Positions 19,751-31,135 are shown, counted from the first letter of the stretch. The stretch is 32,000 nt of DNA from Mycolicibacterium smegmatis (GCF_001457595.1 NZ_LN831039.1:930001-962000); one strand, 5' to 3'. A program made the numbers and translations. Notes: generated by a model from the letters alone, not told the origin.

Positions 19751-21505
19751 ATGACGACTGAAGCAGAGATGACCGAACCCGCGGACGCCGCGCTCGCAGA
19801 AACCGCCCGGCGCCGCAAGCGCATGGACCACGACCACCCGTTCTACAAGTGGATCGCGCTGTCCAACACCACACTGGGCACCCTGATGGCGACCATCAAC
19901 GCGTCAATCGTGCTGATATCGCTGCCCGCCATCTTCCGCGGCATCGGGCTCAATCCGCTCGACCCGGCAAATGTCAGCTACCTGTTGTGGATGCTGATGG
20001 GCTACCTCGTGGTGACGGCCGTGCTGGTGGTGCTCTTCGGCCGCCTCGGCGACATGTACGGGCGGGTCCGGATCTACAACATCGGCTTCGTCGTCTTCAC
20101 CGTCGCGGCCGTCGCGCTGTCGGTCGACCCGTTCCACGTCGGTGGGGGAGCGGTGTGGCTGATCGCCTGGCGCGTCGTGCAGGGCGTCGGCGGCGCGATG
20201 CTCATGGCGTCGTCGTCGGCGATCCTCACCGACGCGTTCCCGGCCAACCAGCGCGGCATGGCGCTCGGCACCAACATGGTCTCGGCCGTCGCGGGATCGT
20301 TCCTGGGCCTGCTGATCGGCGGCGTGCTCTCCGAGTGGGACTGGCGCGCGATCTTCTGGGTCGGCGTCCCCGTCGGCATACTCGGCACCGTCTGGAGCTA
20401 TCGCTCACTCAAGGAACTCGGCGTGCGCACGCCCGGCAAGCTGGACTGGGCGGGCACCCTCACCTTCGGCATCGGGCTGACCGTGCTGCTCACCGGCATC
20501 ACCTATGGCATCCAGCCTTACGGCGACTCGACCACCGGGTGGACCAGTCCGTTCGTGCTCGGTGCGATCGTCGCCGGACTGGGCCTGCTGATCGCGTTCT
20601 GCCTGATCGAACTTCGTGTGCCCAACCCGATGATGAACATCAGGCTGTTTCGGTCGACGGCGTTCGGCATGGGCAACCTGGCCGGCCTGATGTCCTCGGT
20701 CGGCCGCGGCGGCCTGCAGTTCATGCTGATCATCTGGCTGCAGGGCATCTGGCTCCCGTTGCACGGCTACAGCTTCGAATCCACCCCGCTGTGGGCGGGT
20801 ATCTACATGCTGCCCATGACCATCGGGTTCCTGGTGTCCGGCCCGCTCGCCGGATCCCTGTCCGACCGCTTCGGCGCGCGGCCGTTCACCGTCGGCGGCA
20901 TGGTGATCATGGCCGCGACCTTCGTGGCGCTGGTGATGATCCCCGTCGACTTCGACTACTGGCTGTTCGCGGTCCTGGTGTTCCTCAACGGTCTGGGCGG
21001 CGGCATTTTCACCGCGCCCAACTCCGCGGCCGTGATGTCGGCCGTCCCGGCAGGCGAACGCGGCGCGGCCTCGGGTGTGCGCGCGACGTTCTTCAACGCC
21101 GGATCGTCGTTGTCGATCGGCATCTTCTTCTCGCTGATGATCGTCGGCCTGGCCGGGACGCTGCCCACCGCGATGAGCGCAGGTCTTGAGCAGCAAGGTG
21201 TTTCGGCGTCGGTGGCGCACGAGGTGGCCAATCTTCCTCCGGTCGGCAGCCTGTTCGCGGCGTTCCTGGGCTACAACCCGATCGCCGAACTGCTCGCGCC
21301 CTTCCACGCGTTGCAGCAGCCGGGCGTGAACGCCGACGTGCTCACCGGCCAGCAGTTCTTCCCGCAGTTGATCACCGCACCGTTCCACGCCGGGCTCACG
21401 GTGGTGTTCATCGCGGCCGCGGTGATGATGGTGATCGGTGCGATCGCGTCGATGTTCAACGCCGGCCGCTATGGGACGGAGGCGGGAGCCGACAACGAGG
21501 CCTGA
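19751..21505 (+). CDS. MFS transporter, DHA2 (EmrB/QacA-like, 14-TM) drug:H+ antiporter type
   Basis: 584 aa, about 14 hydrophobic segments, N-terminal motif [18 protein letters not shown] and [12 protein letters not shown]. The start is uncertain (19751, or the downstream in-frame ATGs at 19769 and 19823). Confidence 0.85.
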   Translation: MTTEAEMTEPADAALAETARRRKRMDHDHPFYKWIALSNTTLGTLMATINASIVLISLPAIFRGIGLNPLDPANVSYLLWMLMGYLVVTAVLVVLFGRLGDMYGRVRIYNIGFVVFTVAAVALSVDPFHVGGGAVWLIAWRVVQGVGGAMLMASSSAILTDAFPANQRGMALGTNMVSAVAGSFLGLLIGGVLSEWDWRAIFWVGVPVGILGTVWSYRSLKELGVRTPGKLDWAGTLTFGIGLTVLLTGITYGIQPYGDSTTGWTSPFVLGAIVAGLGLLIAFCLIELRVPNPMMNIRLFRSTAFGMGNLAGLMSSVGRGGLQFMLIIWLQGIWLPLHGYSFESTPLWAGIYMLPMTIGFLVSGPLAGSLSDRFGARPFTVGGMVIMAATFVALVMIPVDFDYWLFAVLVFLNGLGGGIFTAPNSAAVMSAVPAGERGAASGVRATFFNAGSSLSIGIFFSLMIVGLAGTLPTAMSAGLEQQGVSASVAHEVANLPPVGSLFAAFLGYNPIAELLAPFHALQQPGVNADVLTGQQFFPQLITAPFHAGLTVVFIAAAVMMVIGAIASMFNAGRYGTEAGADNEA

Positions 21506-21532
21506 GAGGCGGGAGCCGACAACGAGGCCTGA
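21479..21532 (+). repeat. perfect 27-bp tandem duplication (x2) spanning the MFS stop codon
   Basis: GAGGCGGGAGCCGACAACGAGGCCTGA occurs at 21479-21505 and again at 21506-21532. Each copy encodes EAGADNEA plus a stop. Confidence 0.95.
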
Positions 21533-21538
21533 ATACGA

Positions 21539-21607
21539 CAACGCCGAGACCGACGAAAACGTCGTTGTCCGTGAGGATTTACGACGAAAACGTCGATCTC
21601 GGCGTTG
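21539..21607. terminator. nested inverted repeats between convergent genes (possible bidirectional terminator)
   Basis: The outer arms CAACGCCGAGA (21539-21549) and TCTCGGCGTTG (21597-21607) enclose two copies of the mini-hairpin CGACGAAAACGTCG (21551-21564 and 21582-21595). There is no clean U-tract. Confidence 0.35.
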
Positions 21608-21620
21608 AGGCAAGCGAGCG

Positions 21621-22688
21621 TCAGGGCGTCGGGGCACCCGGGTTCGCGGCGGGCACGAGCGTCGGGATGCCACCGGCGGTGAGCGGCGCGTCGCTGCCGG
21701 CCGGGACAGTCGGCGTCGTCGACCCGTCGACCGGGGCAGGCGTCACGGGCGCGGCCGGAGCCTCACCCGCAGGCGCGGTCGGAACGTCCTGTGCACCGGG
21801 AGCCGGAGCCGCGGGAGCCGGCTGGCCCGCAGCGGGAGCGGCGGGCGCCTGCTGGACCGCGGCGGGCAACGGGGTACCCACGCTTTCGCCCGGAGTGACG
21901 CTGTCCTGCGACAGCTCGTCGGGGAGGTCATCGGTCAGCTCTTCGGCGAGGGCCTCGTCGGCCGCGTCGTCGGCGAGCGGCGGGACCGTGCTGCCCGGGA
22001 TGTCGGTGGCCGCGGCCCCAGCGCCGGGTGCGGCGGCCGGTGCGGCACCGGTCGGCGCGACGGCGGGCGACTCGGGGACGAGTTCGGTGGCGGGAGTGTT
22101 CGACGCCGGCGCGGTGGTCACCGGGGCCGTGCGGGCCGGGGTCGACGCGGCCGTGCCCGATCCGGTGGCTGCCGGGCGCGGCGACGTCGTCGATGCCGCG
22201 GTCTGCGACCAGGCCAGCAGGTCACGCTCACCGTCGTTGTAGACGACGGTGGTCGGTGCCTCACCGGTGACGTCGAAATAGACCTTGCCGGTGGTCTTCT
22301 GGCCCGGTGCCAGTGTCGAGGGGTTGACGCCCTGCGGCGTGGCGACCTGGAACAACACGCGGTAGTTCTCGCCGTTCGCGGCCCTGGCGTTGAGGTTCGA
22401 CACGATCGGGATGACCGAGCCCGAAACGGCCTCGTCGGTGGCCGTGGCCTCCCACAGCGTTCCCTGCACGGCATAGGGGATCTGGTCCGAACTCGGCTTC
22501 AGGTCGCTGATGGTCCAGGCCTGCACGACGTCGCCGTTCTCCAGCCTGGCCTGGCTGCCGAGCGGGTTCGCCGACACCTGTGCGGCCTGTGCCGCCTCGG
22601 CGAACGCGGTCGCCATCCCCGCGGTGCCCGCGGCGCCCGAAATGGCGAGCGCGGCCGCGGCGGCGATGGTCAATTGTGAGATCTTCAT
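21621..22688 (-). CDS. secreted MPT63-like (DUF1942-type) domain protein with a roughly 200-aa Pro/Ala/Thr-rich C-terminal tail
   Basis: Signal peptide MKISQLTIAAAAALAISGAAGTAGMATAFA. The domain WTISDLKPSSDQIPYAVQGTLWEATATDEAVSGSVIPIVSNLNARAANGENYRVLFQV...TGKVYFDVTGEAPTTVVYNDGERDLLAWSQ parallels my recollection of M. tuberculosis MPT63. The low-complexity PAT tail contains an acidic patch (LADDAADEALAEELTDDLPDELSQD). ATG at 22688 is preceded by GGAGTGG. Confidence 0.75.
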   Translation of the reverse strand: MKISQLTIAAAAALAISGAAGTAGMATAFAEAAQAAQVSANPLGSQARLENGDVVQAWTISDLKPSSDQIPYAVQGTLWEATATDEAVSGSVIPIVSNLNARAANGENYRVLFQVATPQGVNPSTLAPGQKTTGKVYFDVTGEAPTTVVYNDGERDLLAWSQTAASTTSPRPAATGSGTAASTPARTAPVTTAPASNTPATELVPESPAVAPTGAAPAAAPGAGAAATDIPGSTVPPLADDAADEALAEELTDDLPDELSQDSVTPGESVGTPLPAAVQQAPAAPAAGQPAPAAPAPGAQDVPTAPAGEAPAAPVTPAPVDGSTTPTVPAGSDAPLTAGGIPTLVPAANPGAPTP

Positions 22689-22892
22689 GGTGGTCCACTC
22701 CAAAGAGTCGTCAGTTGACGGCTTCCCCCAACTGGGCGGTTTTCCGCCGGCACGAGCCGACAGCGAAATCAATCGTACGAGACCCTTGATACCGTGCCAC
22801 GCACTTTTTCGCTGGAAAGCAGGGATTATCGAGGGTCGCGGGAATGGCTGTACCCGATTGTCGGGGCAAATTCACGCGTTGTTCAGATGTCG

Positions 22893-23675
22893 TCAGTTCA
22901 GTTCGACGAGCACGGGTGCGTGATCGCTGGGAGACTTCCCTTTGCGCTCCTCGCGGACGATCTCGGCGTGGCCCACGCGTTGCGCGAACGCGGGTGACCC
23001 GAGGATGAAGTCGATCCGCATGCCCTGGCGCTTGGGAAACCGCAACTGGGTGTAATCCCAGTAGGTGTACACGCCTGGCCCCGGTGCGAAGGGCCGCACC
23101 ACGTCGGCGAACTGAGCATCGACGATCGCCTGGAAAGCGGCACGCTCCTTTTCCGTGACGTGTGTCGAGCCGGCGAAGAAGTCGATGTCCCACACGTCCT
23201 CGTCGGTGGGGGCGATATTCCAATCGCCGGTCAGTGCGATTTGTGCCTGTGGATCGTCGGCCAGCCATTTCTGGGCGTTGTCCCGCAACGCCGCGAGCCA
23301 TTCGAGTTTGTAGGCGTAATGCGGCGAATCAACTGTGCGCCCATTGGGCACGTACAGGCTCCATACGCGCACCCCGCCACACGTCGCGGCCAGGGCGCGA
23401 GCCTCGGCGGCCGCCTCCCACGCGGGTTGGTTGTCGAACCCGAGCTGCACGTTCTCCAGGCCGACGCGGGAGGCGATCGCGACCCCGTTCCACTGGTTGA
23501 GCCCGTGGTAGGCCACCTCGTACCCGAGTTCGACGAACGGCATGGCCGGGAACTTGTCGTCGGAGCACTTGGTCTCCTGCATGGCCAGCACGTCCACGTC
23601 GGCGCGCGCGAGCCAGTCGGTGACGCGGTCGACTCGGGCGCGGATCGAGTTGACGTTCCAGGTGGCCAGGCGCAT
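22893..23675 (-). CDS. xthA: exodeoxyribonuclease III (AP endonuclease)
   Basis: MRLATWNVNSIRAR, LAMQETK, GDWNIAP, SDHAPV motifs. Start is taken at ATG 23675; the 27-aa upstream extension in the track ORF is not family-like. Confidence 0.9.
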   Translation of the reverse strand: MRLATWNVNSIRARVDRVTDWLARADVDVLAMQETKCSDDKFPAMPFVELGYEVAYHGLNQWNGVAIASRVGLENVQLGFDNQPAWEAAAEARALAATCGGVRVWSLYVPNGRTVDSPHYAYKLEWLAALRDNAQKWLADDPQAQIALTGDWNIAPTDEDVWDIDFFAGSTHVTEKERAAFQAIVDAQFADVVRPFAPGPGVYTYWDYTQLRFPKRQGMRIDFILGSPAFAQRVGHAEIVREERKGKSPSDHAPVLVELN

Positions 23676-23862
23676 GCACAAGAGGGTACGGGCGGGTGCG
23701 GTCGGTGAGAGCCGGTGCCCCTCGCGGCCTTCTGCGGGAATATGCCGAACCCGCATGCGCCCATACCAGGGGCGTTATGGAGGTTCGAGCTGTTCGGGGT
23801 GTTTACCGAATGCGGCCGTCGCAAACCCGACCGGCTGGAACACCGACGAACAGGAGACAGAC

Positions 23863-24579
23863 ATGACATCACGACGGGTACTGATCAGCGGTGCCTCGAA
23901 GGGCATCGGCCGGGCACTGGCCGACCGCCTGGCCGCCGACGGCCATCAGCCCGTCGGCCTCGCGCGCACGCCGACGCCGGACTTTCCCGGGAAGCTCTTC
24001 CAGGTCGATCTGAGCGACCGCGCCGCCACCGACGACGCCCTGGCCGCGGTGCTGGCCGACGGCCCGATCGAGGCCGTGGTGAACAACGTCGCAGGCGCGC
24101 GGTTCGCGCGGATCGGTGAGATCGACCTGGACGATTTGTTTTCCACGTACGACATGACCATGCGGATCGCCGTCCAGGTCACTCAGGCCGTTCTGCCGGG
24201 AATGCTCGACGCGGGATGGGGTCGCGTCGTCAACGTCACGAGCCTGACCACGCAGGGCACCCCGCTGCGCACGCCGTACGCCGCGGCGAAGGCCGCGCTG
24301 GAAACGGCCACCAAGACCTGGGCCGGTGAACTCGCGACGTCGGGTATCACGGTGAACGCCGTCGCGCCCGGCCCGACCGAGACCGAGATGTACCGCGAGC
24401 GCAGCCCGCAGGGTTCGGAGTTGGAGCGCAGGTTCCTGGAGAACATCCCGATGCGCCGCGTGGGTCAACCGCGCGAGATCGCACACGTGATCGCATCGCT
24501 CCTCCACGACGACGCCGGCTACATCACGGGTCAGATCGTCCGCGTGGACGGCGGCGGGAGCGTCAGCGGAGCGTGGTGA
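23863..24579 (+). CDS. short-chain dehydrogenase/reductase (SDR)
   Basis: ATG 23863 follows GGAGA. Cofactor motif ISGASKGIG, NNVAG, catalytic YAAAK. The upstream part of track ORF 23542.. is discarded. Confidence 0.85.
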   Translation: MTSRRVLISGASKGIGRALADRLAADGHQPVGLARTPTPDFPGKLFQVDLSDRAATDDALAAVLADGPIEAVVNNVAGARFARIGEIDLDDLFSTYDMTMRIAVQVTQAVLPGMLDAGWGRVVNVTSLTTQGTPLRTPYAAAKAALETATKTWAGELATSGITVNAVAPGPTETEMYRERSPQGSELERRFLENIPMRRVGQPREIAHVIASLLHDDAGYITGQIVRVDGGGSVSGAW

Positions 24580-25489
24580 GATCCTCGGCCGCGACGTACC
24601 GCGTCTGGTGGTGTAAACGAAATCCCAGCGAACTGTAGAGCGTGATCGCCGGGGCGTTGTCGACCTCGACCTGCACGTAGGCGCGCTGCGCACCCGCGGC
24701 CGCGCCCCAGGCCAGCAGGGCGTCACACACCGCGCGGGCGTATCCCTGGCGCCGGGCCTGTGCCGCCACGCGCACCGAGGAGATCCCCAGCCAGCGTGTG
24801 CCGTCGGGGGCGGGTGTCACCGCGCCGCGCCCGACGGCGCTGCCCGCCACCGAGGCGAACGTCACCTCGCCGTCGACAACCGCGGTGAGGACCTCGACCG
24901 GCACCTTGCGTTCGTAGCCCGCGAGCCAGTCCGCGTCGGGCCGGGACACGAACTGCGCATCGATGTTCCGGCCTTCACCGGCGGTGTGATCGGGGCCGCC
25001 AGGGGGCACGTCGCGCACCATCACCCGCGCCGGTTTGATGCCCGCCGCGCGGATGGGCAGCAGGCGCTCCGGCAGCGCCAGCCACGCGGGCAGGTCACGT
25101 CGGCGGTACCACTCGACGAGAGCCGGGAGGTCCGCGATCTGTGCCGACATGTCCAGGGGCACAGCGGAATTGGCACGGCTCGTGGCGCCAAGGCCGGCGC
25201 GCGCGAACCAGCCGCCCAGCCACTGCTGCTCGGTGCCGGGCCATGCGAGCGCGGCGGCGTGTTCGAGTGCGCGGATCTCAGAAGCGCGCACCGGCGTGTG
25301 CGAGAGTTCGCGCACGCTCACGATCGCGGCGGGCTCCACCTCGACGAGCTCACCGGACCTGGTGCGCACGCCGACCGTGGGGGAGATCCGCTCGACGTGC
25401 CCGATCACATCGGTGAGCGGTTTCGCCGAGCCCGCCAGGAGCCGATACCGCAGGCTGACCCGGGTGCCGACGGCGGGGAGCTCAGACAT
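24563..25489 (-). CDS. two-domain GNAT-family acetyltransferase (conserved def neighbour)
   Basis: The C-terminal part (RRQGYARAVCDALLAWGAAAGAQRAYVQVEVDNAPAITLYSSLGF) is a GNAT acetyl-CoA binding core. It sits 18 nt downstream of def on the same strand. The 3' end overlaps the SDR by 17 nt. Confidence 0.75.
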   Translation of the reverse strand: MSELPAVGTRVSLRYRLLAGSAKPLTDVIGHVERISPTVGVRTRSGELVEVEPAAIVSVRELSHTPVRASEIRALEHAAALAWPGTEQQWLGGWFARAGLGATSRANSAVPLDMSAQIADLPALVEWYRRRDLPAWLALPERLLPIRAAGIKPARVMVRDVPPGGPDHTAGEGRNIDAQFVSRPDADWLAGYERKVPVEVLTAVVDGEVTFASVAGSAVGRGAVTPAPDGTRWLGISSVRVAAQARRQGYARAVCDALLAWGAAAGAQRAYVQVEVDNAPAITLYSSLGFRLHHQTRYVAAEDLTTLR

Positions 25490-25507
25490 CAGGCACCTCG
25501 GCGGGTG

Positions 25508-26101
25508 TCAGTGCCCGAACGGATCGGGCACCTCACCGGGCATCCAGGACAGGCCCGGCACGCCCCAGCCGTTGCGTTTGACGGCCTTCTTGGCTGCGCG
25601 CGCGTACCGGCCGACGAGGCGGTCGAGATACAGGAATCCGTCGAGGTGCCCGGTCTCGTGCTGCAGCATGCGAGCAAACAAGTCCTCGCCCTCGAGTGTG
25701 ATCGGTGACCCGTCGGCATCCAGGCCGGTGACCCGCGCCCAGTCGGCGCGCCCGGTCGGGAAGTTCTCGCCGGGAACCGACAGGCAGCCCTCTTCGTCCT
25801 CGTCGGGATCCGGCATGGTCTCCGGTACCTCGGAGGTCTCCAGAACCGGGTTGATCACGACGCCGCGGCGGCGTGTGGTCTGCCCGCGGGTGGGGGCGCA
25901 GTCGTACACGAACAACCGCTTGGCGACGCCGATCTGGTTCGCCGCCAAGCCCACCCCGTTCGCGGCGTCCATCGTGTCGAACATGTCCTGGATGAGCGCG
26001 GGCAGATCATCGGGTAGTGAACCGTCGGGACCGACGGGGACCGGTTCGGTCGGCGTGTGCAGTACTGGGTCTCCGACAATGCGGATCGGGACGACGGCCA
26101 T
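25508..26101 (-). CDS. def: peptide deformylase
   Basis: All three PDF motifs are present: [27 protein letters not shown]. Confidence 0.95.
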   Translation of the reverse strand: MAVVPIRIVGDPVLHTPTEPVPVGPDGSLPDDLPALIQDMFDTMDAANGVGLAANQIGVAKRLFVYDCAPTRGQTTRRRGVVINPVLETSEVPETMPDPDEDEEGCLSVPGENFPTGRADWARVTGLDADGSPITLEGEDLFARMLQHETGHLDGFLYLDRLVGRYARAAKKAVKRNGWGVPGLSWMPGEVPDPFGH

Positions 26102-26228
26102 GGACCAAAAGCTTATGTGAGCCGACTCGCGGGCTTATGTGTCACCTCAACCCAGCAAGCCGTGGTTGAATGATCGGCGAACCACAGCGATGTAATTTCT
26201 CGAGTGTCGGAAGGGTCCAGGGAGCAAT

Positions 26229-26540
26229 ATGGACGGCGCCATGGCGCGGACTGAGCAATCCGGTGACGACTCTGATCTGACCGATGGGCTTACCCGGCGC
26301 GAACACGACATTTTGGCGTTCGAGCGCCAGTGGTGGAAGTACGCGGGCAGCAAGGAAGACGCGATCAAAGAGCTGTTCTCGATGTCGGCCACCCGGTATT
26401 ACCAGGTGCTGAACGCACTGGTGGACCGGCCCGAGGCCCTCGCTGCCGACCCCATGCTGGTCAAACGTCTGCGCCGGTTGCGTGCCAGCCGGCAGAAGGC
26501 CCGTGCCGCGCGCCGGCTGGGCTTCGACATCAGCAAGTAA
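26229..26540 (+). CDS. DUF3263-domain protein
   Basis: LTRREHDILAFERQWWKYAGSKEDAIKELFSMSATRYYQVLNALVDRPEALAADPMLVKRLRRLR is typical of this conserved actinobacterial family. GGGAG lies upstream of ATG 26229 (alternative ATG at 26241). Confidence 0.75.
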   Translation: MDGAMARTEQSGDDSDLTDGLTRREHDILAFERQWWKYAGSKEDAIKELFSMSATRYYQVLNALVDRPEALAADPMLVKRLRRLRASRQKARAARRLGFDISK

Positions 26541-26579
26541 GGCTCACGCGGTGACGGATCGGGCGATTCGCTCGATACA

Positions 26580-28888
<2,309 letters not shown>

Positions 28889-28898
28889 GGTGGGTCCC

Positions 28899-29354
28899 AT
28901 GCGGCGATTGACGGTTGCTGGGCTCGCTTTCGGGTTGGTCGGCGCCTTGGTCGGTGTGACGGGCTGCGCCACGGTCACGGAGGGCACGCCGACAGCGGAT
29001 CCGGCACAGGTCCGCATCGCACAGTCCGAGAGCGCCCCGACGACCACCAGGCGCACGCCCACCCGCACTCCCAGCGCGGCACCGCGCACGCCGCTGTTCC
29101 CACCGCCGAGCGCGGGCGGCAGCGCCGGACCGAGCAAGCCGCCGCCCAACGGCATGGCCACCACGTGCCGGGAGTATGCGTCGATGGACGACGCGACCAA
29201 GCTGGGGATGGTGGAACTCCTCGGCGACAACGGCTATCCGGGGCTCAAGCGCAACCCGTTGCTGTGGGTCACCCTGGTCGGCACCATGTGCGTGCTTGCC
29301 CCGAGCCCCAGCACCACGGTGGTCGACGCGATCAACCGCAAGCCGCCGCGCTGA
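28899..29354 (+). CDS. putative lipoprotein (unknown function)
   Basis: MRRLTVAGLAFGLVGALVGVTGC lipobox, a Pro/Thr-rich linker, then a small Cys-containing C-terminal domain. GC-rich third codon positions. Confidence 0.55.
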   Translation: MRRLTVAGLAFGLVGALVGVTGCATVTEGTPTADPAQVRIAQSESAPTTTRRTPTRTPSAAPRTPLFPPPSAGGSAGPSKPPPNGMATTCREYASMDDATKLGMVELLGDNGYPGLKRNPLLWVTLVGTMCVLAPSPSTTVVDAINRKPPR

Positions 29355-29362
29355 CGGTGCTG

Positions 29363-30412
29363 TTATGAAACATCCTGTGACACAACAGGTGTCGGATCAA
29401 GACCATATGCGTCGAGGTCGCCTGTCATCCGCCTGGGGCGCGGGCGAACCGCCTTGTAGTGGCAGGTGATGTAGATCCACGACTCGAGGCTCGCGACGCC
29501 GTCGATCCCCCGGATCTCGTTGTCCAGCACCGTGATCAGATCCTCACCCGTCCGGGTGATCACCTCGGTCAGCACATCCCAGCGTCCGGCGGTGAGCGCC
29601 ACGTACGACACCGCGTCCAGCCGGGTCAGCGCCTCGGCGACCTCCTCGGCCCGGGTACGGCCCGCGACGCGGATGGTCACCCAACTGCTGTAGCGGTAAC
29701 CCAGACGCAGGGGGTTGACGATGCACATCACCCTGGCGGCATTGGACTCCAACAGCCGGTTGTAGCGGAAACGGATCGTGGTCTCCGAAACACCAAGGGC
29801 CGCAGCGAAATCCCGGAACGCCGCACGGCCGTCGACGGCGAGCCGGGACAAGATGGCGCGGTCGGTCTCGTCGAGAGTGCGGGGCCGGACGCCGTGGTCG
29901 ACGAGGTTGGCCGAAAGACCTGCCTGCTGATAGTGGAGGCGCAGATACGGCAGCAGCTCGACCGAACGGACTCCGGGCGTCTTGGCGATCGTGCCGAAGG
30001 CGACGTCGTGCAGTTCCCGCGCGTCGGCGCACACCAGCTCCAGCACCACCGGGTACGGGCCCGTTGTCGATGTGACGTAGTCGGTTTCCGGTAGCTGCGC
30101 GAGCCCGGCCGCCAGATCGACCGGGGACCGGGTGCCGTCCGTGGTCACCAGTGCCAGGGCCAATGAGCCGAACCCGAGCAGCGCGGGGTCCGTCACGGCG
30201 GCGATCGTCACGAAGTTTTCGTCGATCAGTCGCGAAACGCGTCGGCGCACAGTCTTTTCGGTGACGTCGACGCGACGTGCCAGCTCCGCGTACGGGATCC
30301 GGCCGTCCACCTGCAGGTGATGGATCAACTGCAGGTCCAGGGAATCGAGATCGCCGGCCACCGCATCGGACTGCAGCGGCCGATTCCCGTACGACTCCGG
30401 TGGCGATGGCAT
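29363..30412 (-). CDS. Lrp/AsnC-family regulator with two tandem HTH + RAM (AsnC-type) units
   Basis: Two HTH_AsnC-like segments are present: LDLQLIHHLQVDGRIPYAELARRVDVTEKTVRRRVSRL and LDETDRAILSRLAVDGRAAFRDFAAALGVSETTIRFRYNRL. Each is followed by a roughly 80-aa alpha/beta-like effector-type segment. 349 aa, about twice the normal size. Confidence 0.8.
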   Translation of the reverse strand: MPSPPESYGNRPLQSDAVAGDLDSLDLQLIHHLQVDGRIPYAELARRVDVTEKTVRRRVSRLIDENFVTIAAVTDPALLGFGSLALALVTTDGTRSPVDLAAGLAQLPETDYVTSTTGPYPVVLELVCADARELHDVAFGTIAKTPGVRSVELLPYLRLHYQQAGLSANLVDHGVRPRTLDETDRAILSRLAVDGRAAFRDFAAALGVSETTIRFRYNRLLESNAARVMCIVNPLRLGYRYSSWVTIRVAGRTRAEEVAEALTRLDAVSYVALTAGRWDVLTEVITRTGEDLITVLDNEIRGIDGVASLESWIYITCHYKAVRPRPRRMTGDLDAYGLDPTPVVSQDVS

Positions 30413-30508
30413 GCACAGAGGTTACTAGCCTTGCGGTGACCGCTCGATCCGTCGCGAACCGTCTCGGGACGCATTGACCTGCGCGCGGCCAGGGACCATC
30501 CTGGCCGC

Positions 30509-31135
30509 ATGACGGTCACCCCGATGTTCCCGCTCGAAGTGGCGATGCTGCCGGGCGAGGAACTTCCGCTGAGGATCTTCGAACCCCGGTATCTGGCACT
30601 GGTCAGCGACTGCATGGCCATGCCGGAACCGGCGTTCGGGGTGGTGCTGATCTCGGCCGGGCGCGAGGTGGGTGGCGGTGACAGGCGATGCGACATCGGG
30701 GCGCTGGCGCGGATCATCGACTGCCAGAACCTCGGCGCCGACCGGTACCGGCTGGCGTGCGTGCTCGGCGAGCGCATCCGGGTGCTGCAGTGGCTCGACG
30801 ACGCGCCCTACCCGCGCGCCGACCTCGAGCCGTGGCCCGACGAACCGGGTGAGCCCGTCGAGGAGTCGGAGGTGGCCGCCGTCGAGGAACGCATCGTCGC
30901 GTTGTTCGACCTGATCGGGGAGGCCAGCGGGAAACCCGTGCCCAGCCGTGACATCGTCGCCGCTGCCGGTCTGGACCCCGAGAATCGGCTGTATGCGCTG
31001 GCAGCGCGCGTGCCGATGGGTCAGGCCGACCGCTACTCGGTGCTGTCTGCGCCCACCGAGGCCGCGCGTCTGGCAGCCCTGAGCGAAGCCGTCGACACTG
31101 TCACCGCGATGGTCGAGTTCCAGATTTCCGAATAG
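30509..31135 (+). CDS. LON N-terminal (substrate-binding) domain protein
   Basis: MFPLEVAMLPGEELPLRIFEPRYLALV is the characteristic start of stand-alone LON_N domain proteins. 208 aa. Confidence 0.8.
   Translation: MTVTPMFPLEVAMLPGEELPLRIFEPRYLALVSDCMAMPEPAFGVVLISAGREVGGGDRRCDIGALARIIDCQNLGADRYRLACVLGERIRVLQWLDDAPYPRADLEPWPDEPGEPVEESEVAAVEERIVALFDLIGEASGKPVPSRDIVAAAGLDPENRLYALAARVPMGQADRYSVLSAPTEAARLAALSEAVDTVTAMVEFQISE

Noticed and set aside
21621-22200. The Pro/Ala/Thr-rich 3' half of the MPT63-like gene as a DNA tandem repeat, or as a PE/PPE/PGRS-type gene
   Set aside because: I could not find an exact nucleotide periodicity. It is amino-acid low complexity only, and the N-terminus is a Sec signal plus an MPT63-like domain, not a PE or PPE domain.
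26115-26176. Mini-ORFs in the def/DUF3263 intergenic region (ATG-TGA start-stop at 26115-26120; the 10-codon MCHLNPASRG)
   Set aside because: They are too short, lack an SD and have no supporting context. They are most likely chance occurrences within the GCTTATGTG repeats.
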